This document shows positions 1-9,678 of a DNA stretch of 64,000 bases, piece by piece. Below the pieces are notes generated by a model that worked only from the letters and a program-made list of their open reading frames with translations, did not search any database and was not told where the DNA came from. The DNA lies in the IMG/VR virus record IMGVR_UViG_3300032401_000690, positions 1 to 64,000 of that record. One strand, 5' to 3'. Position 1 is the stretch's first letter; each line of letters begins with the position of its first letter. The DNA comes from a virus. Both the position numbers and the translations under genes were made by a program.

Positions 1-429
1 TATATTGAAAAATATGGGGAATATGATGGAAAAATAAAATATAATGGGTATTCTAAAGAACGAGTATCTAATATAATGGGGTTATCTATTTCGGCGTATT
101 CAAAAATATCTCAAGAATTGTTTTGGTTAATACATAATGAATTGTCTGATTATGAGATTTCTAGTTGTTATTTTAAAGAATTAAATAGAGAAGTATTTAT
201 AAATGGTAACAGTAAGACCTATATTCCTGATTTTATATATAAAAATAAAATTATAGAATATGATGGTTTATATTGGCATGATGAAATAAAAGACAACCGT
301 AGGAATCAATTTTATTTTGATAATGGTTATGAGTTGTTAGTAATAACCGACAATGACTTTAATCGTCAAAAAAAACCACAAGACGTGGTTAATAAATGTG
401 TTAAATTTTTAAGAAATGAAACAAAATGA
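1..429 (+). CDS. Free-standing homing endonuclease, Vsr/DUF559-like PD-(D/E)XK (5'-truncated by window edge)
   Basis: Frame is open from base 1 (YIEKYGEYDG...); C-terminal YIPDFIYKNKIIEYDGLYWH ... D..R ... GYELLVI motif of Vsr-like nucleases; overlaps the start of the terminase C-half. Confidence 0.8.
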   Translation, partial: YIEKYGEYDGKIKYNGYSKERVSNIMGLSISAYSKISQELFWLIHNELSDYEISSCYFKELNREVFINGNSKTYIPDFIYKNKIIEYDGLYWHDEIKDNRRNQFYFDNGYELLVITDNDFNRQKKPQDVVNKCVKFLRNETK

Positions 430-739
430 TCGTTATGAAATTTTAACACCGGAAGGTTTTGTGAAATTTGATGGAATACAAAAATTAATGAAAAAAACTA
501 GGGAAATATTTTTTGATAATAATATGACATTAAGGTGTAGTTATAACCATAAAATTTTTAATTATGATGGTGAAGAAGTATTAACTAAAAATATTAACGT
601 TAATGATAAAATTAAATCCCAAGATGGTTTTTTAACTGTTATTGATATTATCGATTACGATTACGAAACCGAAGTTTATGATATTATCAATGCTGGTGAA
701 TTACATTTATATTACACTAATGATATTGTGTCACATAAT
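416..739 (+). mobile_element. Atypical split intein, large C-fragment (AceL/GOS-TerL type)
   Basis: Begins with its own ATG, has no block A Cys1, carries blocks B, F and G, and ends His-Asn before Cys. Confidence 0.85.
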
Positions 740-1588
740 TGCAATTTTCTTGGATCTGGTGATAACGTATTTGATTCAAATATGTTGCAAACAATTCGTG
801 AAAATATGATAAAAGAACCCGCAAATAAAATGATGGGTAATTCTTTATGGATATGGAAGGAACCTGTTGTAGGACATAAATACATTATGGGTGTTGATGT
901 TAGTCGTGGTGATAGTGAGGATTTTAGTACAATACAAATTATTGATTTTGATGAACGGGAACAAGTATTAGAATATATTGGAAAAATCCCACCTGATGTA
1001 TTGGCAGAGATTGCATATAAATGGGGGAATATGTATTCTTGTTTTATTGTTATTGATATTACTGGTGGTATGGGAATTGCAACATCAAGAAAATTACAAG
1101 AACTTGGATATAAAAATATGTATGTTGATGGTATTGACCAAAATAATACTTGGAAATATGACCCAAAAGCGTTAGATAAAATACCGGGAATAAACTTTAA
1201 TAACAAACGAGTTCAAATAATTGCCGCCTTTGAAGAAGGTATGAGACATAAATTCAGAATTTATAGTTCAAGGTTGTTTAATGAGATGAATACCTTTGTT
1301 TATGTGAATGGAAGACCTGATCACCAAAAGGGTCATCACGATGATTTGATTATGTCTATATCAATTGCCTTATATGTTGGTGAATCATCCTTCTCTAGTC
1401 TTGAAAGGGTAACAGAACAAACTAAGGCGATGTTAGATTCTTGGACGGTTACCAATAATGAATCGGTTAAGGAGATAATAAACTTTAATCCACAAATGCC
1501 ACATTTTGGGTTTGATAATGGAAACAATAATTCGGGAGCATCTAGAAAGGATTATGAAACATATGGTTGGTTATTTGGTGGTAGATAG
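416..1588 (+). CDS. terL: Terminase large subunit C-terminal (nuclease) half fused to a 108-aa C-terminal split-intein fragment
   Basis: aa1-108 intein (LRCSYNHKIF block B, VYDI block F, ends SHN), +1 Cys at 740-742, then CNFLGSG, YIMGVDVSRGDSEDFS and HHDDLIMS motifs of the T4 gp17-like RNase H-fold domain; lies just upstream of the portal gene. Confidence 0.9.
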   Translation: MKQNDRYEILTPEGFVKFDGIQKLMKKTREIFFDNNMTLRCSYNHKIFNYDGEEVLTKNINVNDKIKSQDGFLTVIDIIDYDYETEVYDIINAGELHLYYTNDIVSHNCNFLGSGDNVFDSNMLQTIRENMIKEPANKMMGNSLWIWKEPVVGHKYIMGVDVSRGDSEDFSTIQIIDFDEREQVLEYIGKIPPDVLAEIAYKWGNMYSCFIVIDITGGMGIATSRKLQELGYKNMYVDGIDQNNTWKYDPKALDKIPGINFNNKRVQIIAAFEEGMRHKFRIYSSRLFNEMNTFVYVNGRPDHQKGHHDDLIMSISIALYVGESSFSSLERVTEQTKAMLDSWTVTNNESVKEIINFNPQMPHFGFDNGNNNSGASRKDYETYGWLFGGR

Positions 1589-1607
1589 TATTTATAAATA
1601 AAGTATA

Positions 1608-1859
1608 ATGGGTTTAAATCAAAGAAAAAGGTCTGGTAATATAATTGCGGGTAGTACAATGATTGTACCGGGGCAACCTGTGTTAAGTGCGAAAAGATTT
1701 CCCTTAACTTTTAACAAAAAGGGATCTTTACCTGACACAAATAGAGAACAAAATTATGTTCCACCAGCACCCCCAGTTATTATAACAAATTATATTTTAA
1801 CGGAAAATAACCAATCATTAATAACCCAATATGGGGATCATTTGGTATGGACTTATTAA
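1608..1859 (+). CDS. Small hypothetical protein with C-terminal YILTE..LITQ motif
   Basis: ORF between terminase and portal, preceded by TATTTATA at 1589-1596. Confidence 0.6.
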   Translation: MGLNQRKRSGNIIAGSTMIVPGQPVLSAKRFPLTFNKKGSLPDTNREQNYVPPAPPVIITNYILTENNQSLITQYGDHLVWTY

Positions 1860-1901
1860 ATAACTCAAGTAATATTATATAAAAAAAATTAAATAGTCAA
1901 C

Positions 1902-3737
1902 ATGGAACAAAATCAAAACAATCTAACAATTTGGCAAAGACTATCCCAAGCATTTGGGCCTAACTCACTGTTAAATCAAGATTATCCAACATATAAGTTT
2001 GATAAAAAAGAATTATTAAGAACCACAGATAAACAGGAATTTGAGAAGGAAAAACTTCAATCTCAACAAACTATGTATTTGTCAGGTCAATGGGCAAAAA
2101 TTGAGAATAACTTATATACTCAAGCGGTTTATTATGAACCAACAAGAATTGCAGCATTCTACGACTACGAATCAATGGAATTTACTCCTGAGATATCAAC
2201 TGCGTTAGATATATATTCTGAAGAATCAACAACTTCAGATCAAGATGGTTTTATTTTACAAATTTATTCAGAATCAAAAAGAATAAAAGGTATTCTTGCC
2301 GATTTATTTAATAATGTATTAGACATTAATACCAATTTGGCAATGTGGACAAGAAATACCTGTAAATATGGTGATAATTTTGTTTATTTAAAATTGGACC
2401 CAGAAAAAGGTATTGTTGGGTGTATGCAATTACCTAATATTGAGATTGAACGATTGGAAGGGGGTATGGCGGCAAAATCTGTCAATGCTGAGGTTGATCC
2501 TAAACAAAAAGGATTGAGATTCCATTGGAAAGTTAAAGACATGGAATTTAGTTCTTGGGAAATTGCTCACTTTAGATTGTTAGGTGATGACAGAAAATTA
2601 CCATATGGTACCTCTATGTTGGAAAAGGCGAGAAGAATATGGAAACAATTAATATTATCTGAAGATGCTATGTTAATTTATCGTACATCAAGAGCACCTG
2701 AACGAAGAGTGTTTAAGGTGTTTGTTGGGAATATGGATGATAAAGATGTTGAACCATATGTACAACGTGTTGCAAATAAATTCAAACGAGATCAGGTAGT
2801 TGATCCAAAAACAGGAAATGTTGATTTACGTTTTAATCAAATGGCGGTGGATCAAGATTACTTTGTCCCTGTTAGAGATGCCGCACAAACAATGCCTATT
2901 GAGACATTACCAGGAGCACAAAATTTATCGGAAATTGCGGATATTGAATACATCCAAAAGAAATTGGTTACCGCATTACGTGTACCAAAAGCACATTTAG
3001 GGTTTGAGGAAGTTGTTGGTGATGGTAAAAACTTATCATTACAGGATATCCGTTTTGCAAGAACCATACATAAAATACAAAAAAGTATGATTGCAGAAAT
3101 GAATAAAATTGCAATCATTCATTTATTCTTATTAGGGTTTGAAGATGAATTACAAAACTTTACATTAGGTCTTACTAATCCATCAAAACAAGCAGATCTA
3201 TTAATGGTTGATGTTTGGAAAGAAAAAGTATTACTTTATAAAGATCTTGTCAGTGAAATACCTAACACTCTTGCGCCGACATCAGCAACTTGGGCTAAAA
3301 AACATATTTTTGGATTCTCAGATGAAGATATTAAGTTAGATGTTCAACAAATGAGGTTAGAACGAGCAGTTGCTGCCGAACTTACAAATACTCCAACAAT
3401 AATCACACATACAGGTATGTTTGATACTGTGGATAAGTTATATAAAGTTAAGTCAGGATCAACTGAAACTGTACCACCGCCAGATGAAGGGGGTGATATG
3501 GGTGGATTACCACCGATGGGACCACCAATGGGGGGTTCAGAACCAATGGGACCACCGATGGGAGGACCTGAACCAGGTGGTGAGGCAGGTGGATTACCTG
3601 AAAATAATGAAAAAAATAACCTAAATATCCTATTAGAAAGTGATGATTTACAGGGTGATTCGTATATTGATTTATCCGGAGCAAGAAATTCTTTGGGTTC
3701 AATGGAAGAAGCTTTGAGCAAATTGCTAAGAGATTGA
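1902..3737 (+). CDS. Portal protein (T4 gp20-like)
   Basis: EDAMLIYRTSRAPERRVFKVFVGN, DYFVPVR, IETLPGAQNLSEIADIEY, ALRVP motifs; low-complexity MGPPMGG C-terminal tail. Confidence 0.95.
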   Translation: MEQNQNNLTIWQRLSQAFGPNSLLNQDYPTYKFDKKELLRTTDKQEFEKEKLQSQQTMYLSGQWAKIENNLYTQAVYYEPTRIAAFYDYESMEFTPEISTALDIYSEESTTSDQDGFILQIYSESKRIKGILADLFNNVLDINTNLAMWTRNTCKYGDNFVYLKLDPEKGIVGCMQLPNIEIERLEGGMAAKSVNAEVDPKQKGLRFHWKVKDMEFSSWEIAHFRLLGDDRKLPYGTSMLEKARRIWKQLILSEDAMLIYRTSRAPERRVFKVFVGNMDDKDVEPYVQRVANKFKRDQVVDPKTGNVDLRFNQMAVDQDYFVPVRDAAQTMPIETLPGAQNLSEIADIEYIQKKLVTALRVPKAHLGFEEVVGDGKNLSLQDIRFARTIHKIQKSMIAEMNKIAIIHLFLLGFEDELQNFTLGLTNPSKQADLLMVDVWKEKVLLYKDLVSEIPNTLAPTSATWAKKHIFGFSDEDIKLDVQQMRLERAVAAELTNTPTIITHTGMFDTVDKLYKVKSGSTETVPPPDEGGDMGGLPPMGPPMGGSEPMGPPMGGPEPGGEAGGLPENNEKNNLNILLESDDLQGDSYIDLSGARNSLGSMEEALSKLLRD

Positions 3738-3758
3738 TATTTATATATAAAAAACGAT

Positions 3759-4472
3759 ATGAAATTTGGTATATTAAAATCTAAAATAGAAAATGTGTTA
3801 ATTGAATCTTACAAGAAAAACACATTCAAGAAAGAAATGTTTATTTTTGAGGAACTAATCTTAAAGAATAAAAATGTTAGTAAATTGTTTTATTTGTATG
3901 GGGAATTAAGTTCTAATAAAGGACTTAACGAATCTGTGGCAAATGAATATATTAACCAAAGTATTATACTATACGAAAACTTAATAAATAAAATCCCAAC
4001 TTCACAATTAAAAGAAATTCAAATGTGGGTTGGTCATATCCAATGTGAAAATACTTATAACACAATAGATAATCTGTTTTCAAATGATGTTGTTAATCTT
4101 GAAGATAAAATCAATAGTAAAAATTCTATATTAGAATCAATTAAACTACCAAAAACTGAAAAGAAAACTGACATAGTTAATGTTCCAATTAAAGATATGG
4201 TGGAGATTGCAAATAAAACAATCACCAACTATATTGATAATTTAACAGAATCTGACAAAAAAGAATTAAAGTCTTTATTGTCGTCAAACGATGATACAAT
4301 TAAAGAATCATACTTTATGTTGAAAGGTAGTGTATTAACTAAATTGGAAAACCTACAAGAAAGTGATTCTGATGTTAATAACAAAATCACCGAAACAATT
4401 AATAAGATAAAGGACGAATCTTACGATAAGATTAATTACTTTAAATTACGAAAATTAAATGGGGAACTTTAA
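3759..4472 (+). CDS. Hypothetical protein, probable prohead core component
   Basis: 237-aa ORF in head module after TATTTATA (3738-3745); many L/I-x-E sites. Confidence 0.6.
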   Translation: MKFGILKSKIENVLIESYKKNTFKKEMFIFEELILKNKNVSKLFYLYGELSSNKGLNESVANEYINQSIILYENLINKIPTSQLKEIQMWVGHIQCENTYNTIDNLFSNDVVNLEDKINSKNSILESIKLPKTEKKTDIVNVPIKDMVEIANKTITNYIDNLTESDKKELKSLLSSNDDTIKESYFMLKGSVLTKLENLQESDSDVNNKITETINKIKDESYDKINYFKLRKLNGEL

Positions 4473-4654
4473 TCGTTAGAAATCATTTTTTGACGATAAA
4501 TCGCCCTATTTTTATTTGTTCTATTTAATACCGACTTTTTAGTATATTGCTTTCTATCATTAAGTAATGAACTTTGTCTTGTTTTTATTACCTTACTTTT
4601 TAATTCTTTTAGGGATTTTTCTATATTCCCGTGTTTTACAACTACTATTAACAT
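4469..4654 (-). CDS. rpsU: Phage-encoded ribosomal protein bS21
   Basis: 61 aa, basic; MLIVVVKHGNIEKSLKELKSKV...RKQYTKKSV..R fits the bS21 pattern (V.V...IE.AL..FK.K......E.R....F.KPS..R); antisense within the head module. Confidence 0.8.
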   Translation of the reverse strand: MLIVVVKHGNIEKSLKELKSKVIKTRQSSLLNDRKQYTKKSVLNRTNKNRAIYRQKMISND

Positions 4655-4680
4655 CTGATATTTTTACGAATTTATTGTAT

Positions 4681-4709
4681 TTGATATATATCACAAATAT
4701 ACCTATTAT
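4681..4709 (+). promoter_or_regulatory. Sigma70-like promoter TTGATA-N17-TATTAT, overlapping a minus-strand TATATTTG (Bacteroidota -7-like) element at 4694-4701
   Basis: Exact 17-nt spacing; located in the divergent gap between rpsU and the 4741 ORF. Confidence 0.4.
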
Positions 4710-4740
4710 TTTAAAAATAAACGTGATAACATGAAAAAAA

Positions 4741-5211
4741 TTGATGAAAAAAGGAAAAACTTCCAAATTAATTGGTTATAGATCCTCAAAGGTGATATAC
4801 GGAACAGTAAACTCCAAAGATTTTAAATCCCTATACCTTAACTTACAAACTTGGGTGGAACCCAAAATTGATCCAGAATCTTGGTCAAGAATTGTACTAA
4901 ATATGGGTAGATCTATTAAACATTCAGTATATGAACATATAGATAAAACATTGTTTGACGACAAATTTATTGTTGATATGGACCTAAGAACAAGCGGACT
5001 ACAACCAAAGAAAAAATCGTTTATGAACCTTGAAATTAATTTGTTCCTAATAGATGAATTAGACTTTAAAGATACAAAACTAAAGAGAAAATTAAAAACT
5101 ATCGTCAAAGGAATATATGATGATGTTCTTATCAAAAACGAAAACTTTAAGTTTTCTTTAACAAAAAATGGAAATGTGAAACCAAATAAGGTAAAAATAG
5201 AAAAAGTTTAA
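4741..5211 (+). CDS. Hypothetical protein
   Basis: 156-aa ORF divergent from bS21. Confidence 0.65.
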   Translation: MMKKGKTSKLIGYRSSKVIYGTVNSKDFKSLYLNLQTWVEPKIDPESWSRIVLNMGRSIKHSVYEHIDKTLFDDKFIVDMDLRTSGLQPKKKSFMNLEINLFLIDELDFKDTKLKRKLKTIVKGIYDDVLIKNENFKFSLTKNGNVKPNKVKIEKV

Positions 5212-5234
5212 TATTTATATATAAAACTTTTGAT

Positions 5235-5963
5235 ATGAACGAAAATAGAATATTAGGGCCAAATGAAACGGGACGCGGGATTCTTGTTGAATACGATGCC
5301 GGTTACATCAACCCAACAGATAAATATAACTCAGAAATACTTAAAGAATCTAAGAATTTTTTAGACCACTCAAAACCATTTGAATTTTATGCCGTATTAC
5401 AAAAATACGACACACCAAATAGAAATGGTAGAGTATACCCTAAAAAGATTCTTGAACGAGAAGCTCAGAACTATAAGAAGATGATTGAGAAGGGAACTTC
5501 CCTTTCGGAGTTAAACCACCCTGAATCATCACTTATTGATCTTGATCGTGTTTCACACATCATCACTGAAGTGTTTTGGGAAGGTCCTGTTCTATTGGGT
5601 AAATTAAAACTATTAACAAGTCCTGGGTTTCACCAAAGTGGTGTATGTTCCACTAAAGGAGATTTGGCGGCAAACTACCTAAGACAAGGTGTAACATTAG
5701 GAATATCTTCTCGTGGTGTTGGATCACTTAAAAAAGTGGGAGAACAAAATGAAGTACAAGAAGATTTTGAGTTAATTTGTTTTGACCTTGTATCTTCACC
5801 ATCTACGCCAGGAGCATATCTTTTCTTAAATAGAGATGATAGACACAAATATGATGAGAACTTAGAAGAAGAGAAAAAAATTACCGTTGATCGTCATGTT
5901 GGGGAATCTGGAAACAAATCACTTGACTTAATGAAAAGATTATCCGATTATTTGGATAAATAA
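5235..5963 (+). CDS. Prohead protease (T4 gp21-like)
   Basis: NRNGRVYP, ELNHP, GISSRGVGS, FDLVSSPSTPGA motifs. Confidence 0.95.
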   Translation: MNENRILGPNETGRGILVEYDAGYINPTDKYNSEILKESKNFLDHSKPFEFYAVLQKYDTPNRNGRVYPKKILEREAQNYKKMIEKGTSLSELNHPESSLIDLDRVSHIITEVFWEGPVLLGKLKLLTSPGFHQSGVCSTKGDLAANYLRQGVTLGISSRGVGSLKKVGEQNEVQEDFELICFDLVSSPSTPGAYLFLNRDDRHKYDENLEEEKKITVDRHVGESGNKSLDLMKRLSDYLDK

Positions 5964-5969
5964 AATAAA

Positions 5970-6185
5970 ATGGAACAAGGAGAAAAGTATTTCGTAGCAA
6001 AAATTACATCAGACCTGTTAGATACAGAGTCAGGTAAAGTAAAAAAAATGAGAGAAGAAAAATTGGTAATGGGATATACCCCAACCGATGTTGAGGCTAA
6101 AGTCACTAAAGTATATGAAAATTATACGATGGATTGGAGAATCACTTCAATTACTGAAAGTAAAATTGATGAGGTTATTGACTAA
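5970..6185 (+). CDS. Small hypothetical protein
   Basis: 71-aa ORF followed by terminator. Confidence 0.7.
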   Translation: MEQGEKYFVAKITSDLLDTESGKVKKMREEKLVMGYTPTDVEAKVTKVYENYTMDWRITSITESKIDEVID

Positions 6186-6203
6186 CTAAATTAAAAATTT
6201 AAG

Positions 6204-6233
6204 AAAGGATGGACAAATGTTCATCCTTTTTTT
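6204..6233 (+). terminator. Rho-independent terminator
   Basis: aaaggatggac-aaat-gttcatccttt hairpin plus T run. Confidence 0.8.
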
Positions 6234-6326
6234 ATGCCCTATAATTTTTTATTTTAAATAAAAACAACTCTAAAAGTGAATTTTTTGAAATAGTCAAGTA
6301 TTTATCAATAAAACTATTCAAAAATA

Positions 6327-7682
6327 ATGAACAAAAAAGAATCATTAGTTGAGGACACATTCATCCAGTTAAGAAACTTGGAGAATGTGATCGCTGAAAA
6401 CGCACAAGGAATACTTGCATCTACAATGACGCAAGAAATCAAAGAATTAGTAAAAGAATCTCTCAACGAACAAGACGATGAGGAGATTGACCTAGAAGCT
6501 GAGGTTGATACCGACGCTGATAATGACGAAATGGATATGGATATGGACATGGGTATGGATGATGAAATGGATATGGATTCTGATGACGAAATGGATATGG
6601 ACATGGATATGGATGTTGATGACGATACAATCGATCTAACAGGTGCTTCTGACGAAGAAATTCTTCGTGTATTTAAAGCGATGAAAGATGAGGATGGTAT
6701 TATCGTAAAAAAGGAAAACGATATGTTGCATTTATCAGATGAAAATGAAAACGTAGATTACCTAATTCAACTTGGAGAATCATATGATGAATTCGAAGAT
6801 GAAGATGAATTCGGATCTGAAGAAGAAGAAAATGAAGGTGTAATTTATGAATTACATATTGATTCTGACGAAGATGAAGATGAAGATCTTTCTTTTGATG
6901 ATTTTGATGAAGATGAATTTGAATTTGAAGAAGAAGAAGAAGTTGAAGAAGAAGACGAATATGTTATGGAATCTTCAAAATTCAAATCTAAAGGAATTGG
7001 TATGGGTAACGCTTCAAAATTCAAATACGGAAAAAAACCTAACCAAGATGGTGGTTTCGATGTTAAGAAAAAACAAGGAACAAGAGGTGTTGGAATGGGT
7101 AAAGCAAAATTCGAATATAAGGAGGAAGTTAACACAGGAAAAGAAACTAAAAGACCAGTTAGAAAACCAACAGTTAAAAAAGTGGAGACTAAAGAGGCTT
7201 CAAGAACTTATGGTAATGGATCTAAATCAGGTCGTGGTTTAAGAAAAGGTATTACACCTAATAGAAACTTAAACTTAGAATCTAAAAACGAAGAGTTAAA
7301 CTTACTTAGAGAAAAAAATGAAGAGTATAGAAAAGCACTTAATCTTTTCAGAACTAAATTGAATGAGGTTGCGGTATTCAACTCAAACTTAGCTTACGCT
7401 ACTCGTTTGTTTACTGAACACTCTACAACAAAACAAGAAAAGATCAATGTATTAAGACGATTTGATGGTGTTGAAACTATTAAAGAATCTAAAAATCTAT
7501 ACAAAACAATTAAAGACGAACTTTCAACTACAACAAGTACGGATAATACAATTAACGAATCTTTCGAAAGAAATCTGATTAAAACACCTACAAGTGGATC
7601 AGCAGCAAACTTGATCGAATCTAAAACGTATGAAAATCCTCAATTTATGAGAATGAAAGATTTAATGTCAAAATTAAAATAA
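6327..7682 (+). CDS. Prohead scaffold/core protein (gp22-like)
   Basis: Directly before major capsid gene; highly acidic (DMDMDM, poly-E/D) N-half, coiled-coil C-half. Confidence 0.8.
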   Translation: MNKKESLVEDTFIQLRNLENVIAENAQGILASTMTQEIKELVKESLNEQDDEEIDLEAEVDTDADNDEMDMDMDMGMDDEMDMDSDDEMDMDMDMDVDDDTIDLTGASDEEILRVFKAMKDEDGIIVKKENDMLHLSDENENVDYLIQLGESYDEFEDEDEFGSEEEENEGVIYELHIDSDEDEDEDLSFDDFDEDEFEFEEEEEVEEEDEYVMESSKFKSKGIGMGNASKFKYGKKPNQDGGFDVKKKQGTRGVGMGKAKFEYKEEVNTGKETKRPVRKPTVKKVETKEASRTYGNGSKSGRGLRKGITPNRNLNLESKNEELNLLREKNEEYRKALNLFRTKLNEVAVFNSNLAYATRLFTEHSTTKQEKINVLRRFDGVETIKESKNLYKTIKDELSTTTSTDNTINESFERNLIKTPTSGSAANLIESKTYENPQFMRMKDLMSKLK

Positions 7683-7715
7683 AAATAAACTAAAAACAAA
7701 TAAAAAACCAAAAAA

Positions 7716-9584
7716 ATGGGAGCATTATTAGAATCAGGTCTTGTTGGTAACATCGGGTTAAAACACCTTAAAGTTATCAAAGAAGATACTATAAACAAAT
7801 GGGATAAATTAGGATTCCTTGAAGGCCTTAAAGGTCACCTAAAAGAAAACGTTGCACAGTTATATGAAAACCAAGCATCTTTCTTGATTAACGAAGCAAC
7901 TTCTGAAGGTTCTAACGGAGCATTCGAAACTGTTGTTTTCCCAATCGTAAGAAGAGTTTTCTCTAAATTATTGGCAAACGAAATCGTTTCTGTACAAGCA
8001 ATGAACTTACCAATCGGTAAATTGTTCTTCTTCGTACCTCGTATCCAAGGATATCAATCTGGACAAGACCAAACACCAGCAAATGATTATGTTGGTGGTG
8101 GAACACATTATGCGCCAGTAGGGTCACCTAACAACGCAACAATTGATTCATCTACCATTGGTGCAGGTTACCCACCTAATTCAAACGCATTTTCAAAAAA
8201 TCTTTATGATTTATTCTATGAAGGTTCTGAAGGTCAATTAGATCCTCCAGGATTGTTTGATTACTCAAAAGGTAAATGGTCGGCAATCACTACTGATGCA
8301 ACTATGTTACAATGGGTTAACGGAACTATTGATAACGGACTTAATATTACTGAAACAACTAACGTTAGAAAAGTAATTGTTAAAATGTGTGGTTTCAGAG
8401 ATCTTGGTGTTGGTAAATTAATCGGACCTGATGGAAATGAGATTGATACTGAAAGTTTCTTATCTGACTTGAGAGTATTCCAAAAATCAGGTAATGGAAT
8501 GTCAGCATCTACAACACCTTGTAATGTATTGAGAGATACAAATGGTGATCCTAATTCTTTATTATTTAGAGTTGTAACTCAACAATATGGTAAAGGTATT
8601 GTTGCTCCAACATCTAACCAAGCATCTACTAGTTTCCCAAGTACAGGTAATGGTGGATCTTACAATAATATCTGTTCTCAAGATGGTTGTATCTATCTTG
8701 AAGTAGATTTATCTTGTCCAGCATGTGTTACTTGTGGTGAGACTATGGATGGTTACACAGGAACTACAATTTTTTCTGCGGCATCTGCAACATCATTCTC
8801 AACTGTTTATAGATCATACGCTAATATGGAATTTGAAGACCAAATTGGTGAGGTTTCTTTTGACTTAGAGTCTGTAACAGTTTCTGTAACTGAAAGAAAA
8901 TTAAGAGCACAATGGTCTCCAGAAATGGCACAAGACGTTGCGGCATTCCACAACATTGATGCTGAGGCTGAATTAACGGCTTTATTATCAGAACAAGTTG
9001 CGGCTGAAATTGACCGTGAGATCCTTCGTGACTTACGTAAAGGTGCGGCTTGGAACTTACGTTGGGATTATAATGGATGGAGAAGATTGTCTTTAACAAC
9101 TTCTTACACTCAAAAAGATTGGAATCAAACATTGATTACTGCAATCAACCAATTATCGGCACAAATCCACAAATCTACATTGAGAGGTGGAGCTAACTGG
9201 ATCGTTGTTTCTTCTGAGATTTCTGCAATCTTTGACGATTTAGAATACTTCCACGTATCTAATGCGTCTCCTGAACAAGACCAATACAATATGGGTATTG
9301 AAAGAGTTGGGACATTAGCAGGACGTTACCAAGTTTTCCGTGACCCTTACTTCCCACCAAACACAGTTTTGTTAGGACATAAAGGAACGTCATTGTTAGA
9401 CACAGGTTACATCTACGCACCGTATGTACCATTACAATTAACACCTACAATGTATAATCCGTTCAACTTTACTCCGATTAAAGGAATAATGACGAGATAC
9501 GCGAAAAAAATGGTAAATAATCGCTTTTATGGCAAAATTACCGTAGATGGTGTTCGTACATTTGATTTAAGAGAATTGAGATAA
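7716..9584 (+). CDS. Major capsid protein (T4 gp23-like) with a central insertion
   Basis: PIVRRVF, VSVQAMNLPIG, RKLRAQWSPEMAQDVAAFHNIDAEAELT, EIDREI, YAPYVPL, GIMTRYA motifs. Confidence 0.97.
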   Translation: MGALLESGLVGNIGLKHLKVIKEDTINKWDKLGFLEGLKGHLKENVAQLYENQASFLINEATSEGSNGAFETVVFPIVRRVFSKLLANEIVSVQAMNLPIGKLFFFVPRIQGYQSGQDQTPANDYVGGGTHYAPVGSPNNATIDSSTIGAGYPPNSNAFSKNLYDLFYEGSEGQLDPPGLFDYSKGKWSAITTDATMLQWVNGTIDNGLNITETTNVRKVIVKMCGFRDLGVGKLIGPDGNEIDTESFLSDLRVFQKSGNGMSASTTPCNVLRDTNGDPNSLLFRVVTQQYGKGIVAPTSNQASTSFPSTGNGGSYNNICSQDGCIYLEVDLSCPACVTCGETMDGYTGTTIFSAASATSFSTVYRSYANMEFEDQIGEVSFDLESVTVSVTERKLRAQWSPEMAQDVAAFHNIDAEAELTALLSEQVAAEIDREILRDLRKGAAWNLRWDYNGWRRLSLTTSYTQKDWNQTLITAINQLSAQIHKSTLRGGANWIVVSSEISAIFDDLEYFHVSNASPEQDQYNMGIERVGTLAGRYQVFRDPYFPPNTVLLGHKGTSLLDTGYIYAPYVPLQLTPTMYNPFNFTPIKGIMTRYAKKMVNNRFYGKITVDGVRTFDLRELR

Positions 9585-9606
9585 TCAAAATCTTAAATAA
9601 TACTAC

Positions 9607-9635
9607 AAAAGGGACAAGGAATTGTCCCTTTTTTT
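9607..9635 (+). terminator. Rho-independent terminator after capsid gene
   Basis: aaaagggacaa-ggaa-ttgtccctttt hairpin plus T run. Confidence 0.85.
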
Positions 9636-9678
9636 ATGCGTATTTACAAACAATAGGGAAAATGAGAGTATTTATAGT

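Noticed and set aside
6520-6960. GATATG/GAAGAA tandem repeats as a non-coding element
   Set aside because: They encode the acidic low-complexity region of the scaffold protein
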